From a bacterium (GTDB lineage Bacteria; RBG-13-61-14; DATKZS01), in assembly GCA_046484135.1 (NCBI GenBank), contig JAWOBU010000216.1, positions 1-13,171 on the forward strand: a DNA stretch of 13,171 nt. Direction: 5' to 3'. Below the pieces are notes generated by a model, which did no database searches, was not told the DNA's origin, and saw only the letters and a program-made list of their open reading frames with translations. A program made the translations under genes and the position numbers. Of this stretch, positions 6,917-13,171 are shown piece after piece. Each line of letters begins with the position of its first letter. Position 1 is the stretch's first letter.

Positions 6917-9040
6917 ATGAAGTTAATATTAAAGAGCAAGGCGGTTTCCGCAGTTGTTACGTTTCTGGCGCTTGGCATGTTGGTGACGGTTTATGCCTCT
7001 AACACCGGCCGGTGGGACATCGAGAGCTTCAAGGACTGGAGCAGGGGCGAGTTCCAGGGTGTGGAGATATCCAGCAAGGGCGAGATAAGACCGGCGGGGT
7101 CCTTGCAAGAGTACGAGGTGTCAGCGGAAGGCGTATGGTCGCTGGCCCGCGGCGAGCACGGCGCCGTTTACATGGGCACCGGGAACAAAGGCCGTCTCCT
7201 GCGACATCATCGGGGCAAAACCGAGGAAATCTTCAACGGCGACCACGTGGCCATAACCCGTATCCGCAAGGACGACCAGGGAAGAATCTGGTTTTCGGCA
7301 TTGCCCGGCGGCGCCATCTACCGAAGAGACCAAAGCGGCGAAGTAAAGCGGATCGCCGAGACCGGCGAGGAGTACGTGTGGGACTTTATAATACACCAAG
7401 GCCGCATACTTGCCGCCACCGGACCGCACGGGAAAATACTCTCCCTCTCGTCCTCCTCGGGAAAAGTAAAGGACGTTATAGAGACGGGCGAAGAGCACGT
7501 CATGTGCCTTACCAGGACCAACGGCAAGATTTACGCGGGGACCTCCGGTGAAGGCCTGGTGATCGAGCTTAAAGGGAAGGAAAGCTTCCGGGTGGTTCAC
7601 GATTTCGAGGAAAAGGAGGTCAGGCGGCTTTCCTGGGTAGGAGAAGGTGAAGAAGGGACACTGGTGGCCGCGGTCAACCAGGACGTGGGCAGCCGTCCTG
7701 CCGGCAGGTCCTCCCGGGTGTGGTCCGGCTCCAAGAAGGACAAGAACTCGAATAATGACGATGAAAACGGAGACGACAAAGGCCCGCGGGTGAAGATATC
7801 CGCGGCCGCGGTCTCCGGTGGGGAAGGCAAGGTCAGCGGCGCTGTTTACGCCGTCTCCGGCACGGGCACCGCGCGCAAGCTCGTCTCCCTTTCCAAGATA
7901 GCCGCGGTGGACATGGCGGTGTCCGGAAAGGACGTCTACATCTCCACCGACCAGGAGGGCAAAGTATACCGGTGCCGGCCGGACTCGCCCGAGTACTCCA
8001 TAGCTTTTGACGTGGAACCCGCCCAGGTGCTGTCCCTGCTCGCGAACCAAGACGGGCTCTCCTTTCTGGGGACCGGCTCGCCCGCCGGCCTTTACAAGGT
8101 AAAGCCCTGTGGAAACTGTAAGGCCCGCTACACCACGCCGGTGCTGGACGCAGACTTTCCCGCCCGGTGGGGCAAAGTGGACTGGGAGGCCACCGGCCTT
8201 CTCAAGATCAAGACCCGCTCCGGCAACATCGAGGACACCTCGCGTGGCTGGTCCGACTGGAAGCTCATATTGAGCCGACCCGGCCAGATCAGGAGCGAGG
8301 ACGCCAGGTACCTACAGCTCCGGATCGAGTGGCCCCTGGCGTCGGACGCGGTCATGAAGAACATCTCCATCCCCTACCGCATCCACAACCAGCCTCATTA
8401 CGTGGAAAAGGTGGCGGTGGACGACAGCGAAGAGGACAACAACAACTCGAACAAAAAGGTAACCATTACCGTTACCAAGAACTCCGGCAAGAAGTCCGGC
8501 GACACCGAGAGGAAGATCAAGTGGAAGACAAACAACCCTGATGAAGACCCGCTTCTCTATCGGCTTTACTTCCAGCCTGAGGACGCTGACACCTGGATAC
8601 CTATCGAAACCAGGGAACCGCTGACCAAGACCATGTTCGAGTGGGAAACCGAATCCGTGCCCGACGGGTGGTACCGCATCAAGGTGGTGGCCACTGACAC
8701 GCCGGTGAACCCGCCCTCCCAGGCCCGGAGCGCGGAAGGCGTGTCCGAAAGGTTCCTGGTGGACAACCACGCGCCCGAGATAAAAATGCTCGCCGTAATC
8801 GGCAACAAGGTCACCGGCAAAGCAAAGGACAAGGTAAGCGCCATCACCGTCATCCAGTACTCCATAGACGGCGGACCATGGACCGCGGTTGCCGCAAGCG
8901 ACGGTGTACTGGACACCCGCTCCGAGTCCTTCTCCTTCGAGCTGCCCCCAGACCTCGAACCCGGCTCCCACATAATCGCGATAAGAGCGTGGGACCGGGC
9001 CTTGAACCTCGGGTCGGAGCAGAAGAAGTTCAAAAAGTAA
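6917..9040 (+). CDS. Secreted beta-propeller protein with C-terminal Fn3/Ig-like domains, function unknown
   Basis: Signal peptide; ~40-aa blade repeats (VWSLA..VYMGTGNKGRLL; YVWDF..ILAATGPHGKIL; HVMCL..IYAGTSGEGLVI; VYISTDQEGKVY; FLGTGSPAGLY); C-terminal PDGWYRIKVVATD, VDNHAPEI, YSIDGGPW, IRAWDRALN. AAGGAG RBS, 34 bp after the peptidase. Confidence 0.8.
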   Translation: MKLILKSKAVSAVVTFLALGMLVTVYASNTGRWDIESFKDWSRGEFQGVEISSKGEIRPAGSLQEYEVSAEGVWSLARGEHGAVYMGTGNKGRLLRHHRGKTEEIFNGDHVAITRIRKDDQGRIWFSALPGGAIYRRDQSGEVKRIAETGEEYVWDFIIHQGRILAATGPHGKILSLSSSSGKVKDVIETGEEHVMCLTRTNGKIYAGTSGEGLVIELKGKESFRVVHDFEEKEVRRLSWVGEGEEGTLVAAVNQDVGSRPAGRSSRVWSGSKKDKNSNNDDENGDDKGPRVKISAAAVSGGEGKVSGAVYAVSGTGTARKLVSLSKIAAVDMAVSGKDVYISTDQEGKVYRCRPDSPEYSIAFDVEPAQVLSLLANQDGLSFLGTGSPAGLYKVKPCGNCKARYTTPVLDADFPARWGKVDWEATGLLKIKTRSGNIEDTSRGWSDWKLILSRPGQIRSEDARYLQLRIEWPLASDAVMKNISIPYRIHNQPHYVEKVAVDDSEEDNNNSNKKVTITVTKNSGKKSGDTERKIKWKTNNPDEDPLLYRLYFQPEDADTWIPIETREPLTKTMFEWETESVPDGWYRIKVVATDTPVNPPSQARSAEGVSERFLVDNHAPEIKMLAVIGNKVTGKAKDKVSAITVIQYSIDGGPWTAVAASDGVLDTRSESFSFELPPDLEPGSHIIAIRAWDRALNLGSEQKKFKK

Positions 9041-9066
9041 AAAAGCAAAAAGCCGGACGGATAATA

Positions 9067-9498
9067 TCAGCGAGCGCGGGCGGGTTCGTAGAGCGGAAGG
9101 CTGCATTTCTTTGCGGCCTTCCTGAGGGACGCCTCCCGGGTCGAGAGGGACAGACCTCCTCTCATGGCAAGGTCCAGGTAAGAAGCGTCATAGGTGGAAA
9201 GATTGTACTTGCGTGCCAAAGAAACAATCTCCTTCAGCATCCTCTCGGGGGTTTCCTGCTCGACATTGATGGGCAGACCGTCCAGGAGTGCGAGAAAGCG
9301 GATCGTCGAAGCCTCGCTTAGACGCTTTTTCCTTTCCGCGGCGAGCAGAACGTTGCCCACCTCAAGGGGCCAGATCGAGGGCACAAAAGCCTCTGCCGTC
9401 TCCAGGCTCTCAAGCACCGCATCAGCGTAGTTGTTTCTCTCGTCCTCGAAACACCACGACATCACAACAGAGTTGTCCACTACAAAACGACCGGACAT
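9067..9498 (-). CDS. vapC: Type II toxin, VapC family PIN-domain RNase
   Basis: FVVDNSV, WPLEVGNVL, LSTYDASYLDLA PIN motifs; start overlaps the antitoxin stop (TGATG). Confidence 0.92.
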   Translation of the reverse strand: MSGRFVVDNSVVMSWCFEDERNNYADAVLESLETAEAFVPSIWPLEVGNVLLAAERKKRLSEASTIRFLALLDGLPINVEQETPERMLKEIVSLARKYNLSTYDASYLDLAMRGGLSLSTREASLRKAAKKCSLPLYEPARAR

Positions 9499-9737
9499 CA
9501 GTGTCGCCCCTCCTCGATCATCTCGCGAAGGGAAAGACCGTCAAGGCGGTGTCTGCTGCGAAACTGCTTCAACTGGTCAATGACCTCTCCTACAGGCGCC
9601 TTCTTCGAGGAATCAGAAGGTTGCAGGACGGCCACCGGCCTTCCGTGCCTGGTGATGGTGATCTTCTCCCCCTTGGCCACCCGCTCGAGAAGCTGGGCGA
9701 GATGGGTTTTCGCTTCATATGCTCCAACGCTTTCCAT
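9498..9737 (-). CDS. Type II antitoxin, Phd/YefM (prevent-host-death) family
   Basis: VGAYEAKTHLAQLLERVAKGEKITITRHGRPVAVL; RBS AGGAGGT at 9750-9744. Confidence 0.93.
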   Translation of the reverse strand: MESVGAYEAKTHLAQLLERVAKGEKITITRHGRPVAVLQPSDSSKKAPVGEVIDQLKQFRSRHRLDGLSLREMIEEGRH

Positions 9738-9756
9738 TAAGCCACCTCCTGTTTAA

Positions 9757-9798
9757 ACCAGTCTAAGACCAGTCTAGCATAGACCGATATAAAAACAA
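9757..9798 (-). promoter_or_regulatory. Putative TA promoter with overlapping autoregulatory operator repeats
   Basis: Minus strand TTGTTT, 16 nt, TGcTAGACT (extended -10 at 9776-9771). ACCAGTCTA occurs twice 11 bp apart (9757-9765, 9768-9776) and includes the palindrome AGAC-CA-GTCT. Confidence 0.5.
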
Positions 9799-9961
9799 GC
9801 CGAAGGGTTCATCTGAGGCATTCTTAACGGTCCCTTTTCCACAAAAAGCTTTCCCAGACGTCGGCTTGAACAATAATACGAACAAGCGAGACACAAAAGA
9901 CCGGCACAACAGTGTTTTGTCGTTAGCAGGTAACAAATGGAAAGAATAAGAGAAGTAAGTT

Positions 9962-10153
9962 TTACAAAGTGCTCCTATTTTTCCGGTAATCCGGATACTT
10001 GTGCAGGTGCATGACGGCAAGGATATATATGCGGCCCGGTTCTATGCTGTAAAGAACGCCAGAGGGAAAGCGATTGACGAGGCAACGGCGGATTTCTTCT
10101 TCTACATTAGGCCAGGCCCGAGGATATGATAATATGTTCTCTACCGTTAAATA
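9962..10153 (-). pseudogene. 5'-truncated RelE/ParE-family toxin remnant (63 codons)
   Basis: YLTVENILSYPRAWPNVEEEIRRCLVNRFPSGVLYSIEPGRIYILAVMHLHKYPDYRKNR matches the C-terminal two-thirds of ParE-like toxins. The upstream part of track ORF 9962..10291 is translated repeat DNA, and no antitoxin is present. Confidence 0.75.
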
Positions 10154-10322
10154 GTGCCTGTTGCGAAAGGGAGGTTTTGCTGGCTCTGGTGCGCCACTTT
10201 GGACTGCGGCAGCCTGCCTGCGCGTGCTCTCACGCAGACAGGGCAGACAGGGAGCTCTCTCCCACCAACGGAGCCTGGCAGGTCTCTCCAAACATCTACT
10301 CCTGTCCTTTTACAAAAGCCCT
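10153..10322. mobile_element. Degenerate MITE-like element (~170 bp)
   Basis: Imperfect terminal inverted repeats AGTGCCTGTTGCGAAAGG (10153-10170) and reverse complement of 10306-10322 AGGGCTTTTGTAAAAGG (13/18 identical by hand, one gap). The left end coincides with the ParE truncation point. Confidence 0.4.
10213..10251. repeat. REP-like palindrome with tandem duplication of its right arm
   Basis: CCTGCCTGCGCG-TGCTCT-CACGCAGACAGG (10213-10242): 12-bp stem with two G.T pairs on the minus strand. GCAGACAGG is repeated in tandem (10234-10242, 10243-10251). Confidence 0.65.
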
Positions 10323-10357
10323 CCTGAAGAATATATGTGCACGGAGCGGATAGCCGC

Positions 10358-12271
10358 CTACTCCACCCTCGGCTTGTGCTGATGGCAGGTGGTGCACAAC
10401 GGAAGGTCCGGCTTGTTCTTCTCGACCGCCTTTTCTTCATGACAGGAGATGCAGTTCTCGTGCATGGCCTCCTTGTAGCTTAAGGCCTGGTAATCAACCT
10501 TCTCGCTCTCCGCGGCCTCGGGCCACATGTCGGCGTGGCACTCTACGCACGACTTGGCGTTCTCGGGCGCCTTGTCCTGCGGATGGCACTCGATGCAGCC
10601 GTCGTTTCCGCCGAACTCGTCCTGGTGCATATCATGGTCGAAGATGCTGGTTTGGAGGTACATGTCGGAGTGGCACTGTGCGCAGCTCGAGGCGAAGGCC
10701 TTGGGCAGGGACATGTGGTGGCATTTTACGCAGCCCTCTTTGCCGCCCGCTTCTTCCACGTGCTTTTCGTGATTAAACTGCACGCTTTCGCCGGCGAGGT
10801 TCCCGTCAATCAACATGAACTCGCCCCTGGTTTCCTTGTCCAGGCGAGCGGAGATGACCTCGGTCCGGTCCGGCCTGAACCCGAATATGGACTCGACCGG
10901 CAGTATGGCCGCGGTCGCCGCAATTGCCAGGACCACGATCATGGAGTACTTGCGGATGCCCGCCTGGAGCGGGTCTCCGAGCCATGTCCGGGTGGTCTCG
11001 GACAGCTTCGGTTTCTGGAAGGGGTCCTCGTTAATGTACCAGCGTTTCAGGAACAGCTCGACCGTGCCGGTAACGATCCCGCGGGGAGGTTTCTCTGATT
11101 GTTCTATAACGTCGTCCGCGGTCTCGAGCTCGCGCTTTTCCCCTTCAGCCATGGCTTCAGGGAACACGTTCAGGTTTTCCACGAAGTAGATGAATATAAG
11201 CGCCATGGCCGAGACAATGCCGATGCTGACCATGAACTCGACCGCGGAAGGAAAGTAGGACATGCCCGGCCACTTCTCCACGGTGATGATGGCTATGTCC
11301 AGCCGGTAGAGCACCATTCCGATGACCACCATGAGCGCGGCCGTAAACAGCGCCTTGCCGCTCTTTCGAAGCCGCGGCACTCCAAGCAGGATCGCGGGTA
11401 TCACTGCGCTGATGCCGATCTCGAAGATGAACATGAAGCTCTGCCACGACCCGTCCATGGCGCCCGGCAGAACTCCGCGATAAAAAAGGTCTCCGACACG
11501 GAGCACGACGTACAACCCCAGTACCATGGAAGCGGCCAGCGCCAGGCTGGACAGGGCGTTGCGCCTGGGCTCGTGCTTATACATCCACGCGGACACGAAG
11601 TGCTCGAAGGTGACCATCATGAAGCCGAGAGCCACTGCGGACACAAAAAAGTTTACGGGAAGCATCATACCCGGGCTGTACCAGAGCGGATGCACCCGGT
11701 GGGGCATGATCACGAACAGGGACCCGAGCGAACTCTGATGCAGGGTCGAGAGCATGATGCCGAGGATCACCAGCGGGATGGTAAGGGCCTTCAGCACGTG
11801 GTAGATGCGAAGGAAAGGCCCTCGCTGGAACAGCTTGTGTTCGAGGGCCACCGGCGCGAACTCGAGGCCCAGTACCGTAAGATAGAGCATCACGCACATG
11901 GCGACCTCGAAGAGCACCGACTGGTACTGCCAGTAGATCATGGGATGCCAGATGTTCCAGGGAATCCCAAGGTCGAAAAGCAGGCCCACCGCCACCGCAA
12001 CGTAGCCCAGGAACGCGGTCAGCACCGCGGCCCGCAAAAACGGCCGGAGCCTTTCGATCCGGAAGATGTAAACGGCCGCGGCCAGCACAAAACCTCCGGC
12101 CGCAAGCGCCACACCCGCCATTACGTCGAACCCTATCCAGAATCCCCACGGGGTCGAGTCGGACAGGTTGGTGGTCGCTCCCAAGCCCCTGGTGAAGCGG
12201 GCCACCGCCACTACTATGGCCATGCCGACCAGGACCCACAGGATGTTCTTTATTACGTTACTCCTCTTCAT
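10358..12271 (-). CDS. NrfD/PsrC-family membrane subunit (HybB/HmcC-like) fused to a C-terminal hexaheme cytochrome c3-like domain
   Basis: RFTRGLGATTNLSDSTPWGFWIGFDVMAGVALAAGGF, DLGIPW, SVLFEVAMCVMLY, LSTLHQSSLGSL, HPLWYS, YFPSAVE. Then a linker, one more TM segment and six CxxCH motifs (CVKCH, CAQCH, CIECH, CVECH, CISCH, CTTCH). AAGGAG RBS at 12286-12281. Confidence 0.9.
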   Translation of the reverse strand: MKRSNVIKNILWVLVGMAIVVAVARFTRGLGATTNLSDSTPWGFWIGFDVMAGVALAAGGFVLAAAVYIFRIERLRPFLRAAVLTAFLGYVAVAVGLLFDLGIPWNIWHPMIYWQYQSVLFEVAMCVMLYLTVLGLEFAPVALEHKLFQRGPFLRIYHVLKALTIPLVILGIMLSTLHQSSLGSLFVIMPHRVHPLWYSPGMMLPVNFFVSAVALGFMMVTFEHFVSAWMYKHEPRRNALSSLALAASMVLGLYVVLRVGDLFYRGVLPGAMDGSWQSFMFIFEIGISAVIPAILLGVPRLRKSGKALFTAALMVVIGMVLYRLDIAIITVEKWPGMSYFPSAVEFMVSIGIVSAMALIFIYFVENLNVFPEAMAEGEKRELETADDVIEQSEKPPRGIVTGTVELFLKRWYINEDPFQKPKLSETTRTWLGDPLQAGIRKYSMIVVLAIAATAAILPVESIFGFRPDRTEVISARLDKETRGEFMLIDGNLAGESVQFNHEKHVEEAGGKEGCVKCHHMSLPKAFASSCAQCHSDMYLQTSIFDHDMHQDEFGGNDGCIECHPQDKAPENAKSCVECHADMWPEAAESEKVDYQALSYKEAMHENCISCHEEKAVEKNKPDLPLCTTCHQHKPRVE

Positions 12272-12277
12272 CTCTGC

Positions 12278-12757
12278 TCACTCCTTATCGCCCGTGTCAG
12301 CCGCGCTTTCCTCGGCGGACGACTCTTCCTCTTTACCGGCCGGCTCCGCCTGCGAGCTCTGTTTGGCCTCTTCCGCTTCCGCCACCTTGGCCCGCCGGCC
12401 CGTGATCCAGTAGATGCCGGCCATGATCGCGCCTACTCCGAAGAACTCGTAGGGAACTTTCTTGAGCACCTTCCAGGTATGCTCGGGAAGCGGCTTCTCG
12501 GGCAGCTCTTTTGACCAACCCAAAAAGTCCAGGGACACGTCGGACAGATACATGACGCCGGTGCCTCCCACCACCTTTTCGCCGTACACCTTGGGAAGGT
12601 AGCGGTCCGGGTTGTTTTTGATCCGCTTCTTGGCTTCTTTTAAAAGCTCGTCCCGCTCGCCGAAGACGGTGGCTTCTTTTGTGCAGGCCTCGGTGCAGGC
12701 CGGCTGTTTGCCTTTTGCAAGCCGGTTGTCATAGCAGAGCTGGCACTTCCTGATGTA
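12278..12757 (-). CDS. C-terminal half of a HybA/HmcB-like 4Fe-4S protein with membrane anchor (5' part absent)
   Basis: YIRKCQLCYDNRL..GKQPACTEAC..EATVFGERDELLKEAKKRI..PDRYLPKVYGEKVVGGTGVMYLSDV, C-terminal TM (FFGVGAIMAGIYWI); directly upstream of the HybB-like gene. Confidence 0.88.
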   Translation of the reverse strand, partial: YIRKCQLCYDNRLAKGKQPACTEACTKEATVFGERDELLKEAKKRIKNNPDRYLPKVYGEKVVGGTGVMYLSDVSLDFLGWSKELPEKPLPEHTWKVLKKVPYEFFGVGAIMAGIYWITGRRAKVAEAEEAKQSSQAEPAGKEEESSAEESAADTGDKE

Positions 12758-13171
12758 GTGGTACTCTCGGAACGACCACCCCTTCTCTTCGGCGGTCGAG
12801 AGGATGGCCTCTTCGGTCTGTTCGAGCGTGATGAAGACAGTCCGTTCGCCATTTTCGAGTGCTTCGTTTAGAAACTGGAGACCAAATGTTGTCTTTCCAG
12901 TCCCGGCCCCGCCAATGATGCCGATAAGTGACTGCTGGGGGACGCCGCCGAGGATCATCTCATCGAGACCGTTGATTCCAAGATCGATCCGGTCGAGATC
13001 AGAATCGAAATCCTCGTCGTCGAAATCTTCGGGACTCGATGGACTGGGTGTGTTGTCTTCCCCACCAAATTCGACCTCATTATTACCGTCACTGCCCACT
13101 CCGCTGCCACCACTGTTACTAAATCCGAACGGATTATCCGATGATTCATCGTTAGCGTCGATTGATTGCGC
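12758..13171 (-). CDS. Internal fragment of a haloarchaeal-type KaiC-domain (RecA-superfamily) ATPase, in frame with the HybA fragment
   Basis: RIDLGINGLDEMILGGVP..SL..IIGGAGTGKTTFGLQFL...GERTVFITLEQ..AEEKGW (Walker A), preceded by an acidic low-complexity stretch (PEDFDDEDFDSDLD). The frame stays open upstream of GTG 13099 to the window edge (AQSIDANDESSDNPFGFSNSGGSG). Confidence 0.85.

Noticed and set aside
9041..9066. Intrinsic terminator between the convergent propeller gene and vapC
   Set aside because: A-tracts are present but I find no convincing stem.
6184..9106. Long minus-strand ORFs (6184..6978, 7121..8050, 8312..9106)
   Set aside because: Antisense to well-supported genes with no recognisable domains.
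9962..10291. Full-length 109-aa ParE toxin as given in the ORF track
   Set aside because: The first ~46 aa derive from palindromic repeat DNA and do not resemble a ParE N-terminus; treated as a pseudogene.
11099..12514. 471-aa plus-strand ORF
   Set aside because: Antisense shadow of the NrfD and HybA genes; His/Arg/Gly-rich, no motifs, expected in GC-rich coding DNA.
12278..13099. Functional redox-sensing circadian KaiC-ferredoxin protein starting at GTG 13099
   Set aside because: Both domains are incomplete, the frame continues past 13099, composition changes at the junction, and no kaiA/kaiB is visible.
1..13171. CRISPR array, tRNA, rRNA, transposase or integrase
   Set aside because: No regularly spaced repeats, RNA-gene signatures or recombinase motifs seen; almost all of the window is explained by protein-coding genes.

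Overview
Mostly a ~60% GC bacterial chromosomal segment with a gene order typical of Desulfobacterota/Myxococcota-type deltaproteobacteria (inference). Left to right: a partial membrane-protein gene and mgtE-recO (minus strand); divergent proA-nadD-rsfS; a two-gene unit encoding a secreted SpoIVB/S55-family serine peptidase and a large secreted beta-propeller/Ig-like protein; a convergent Phd/YefM-VapC toxin-antitoxin pair; a 5'-truncated RelE/ParE toxin remnant abutting a MITE-like element with a nested REP-like hairpin; and the end of a HybA/HybB (HmcB/HmcC-like) redox module whose NrfD-family subunit is fused to a six-heme cytochrome c domain. The last ~410 bp encode part of an acidic, haloarchaeal-type KaiC-domain ATPase joined in frame to the truncated HybA. 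This is most likely an assembly chimera, not a real fusion. All calls come from motif recognition by eye; no searches were run.
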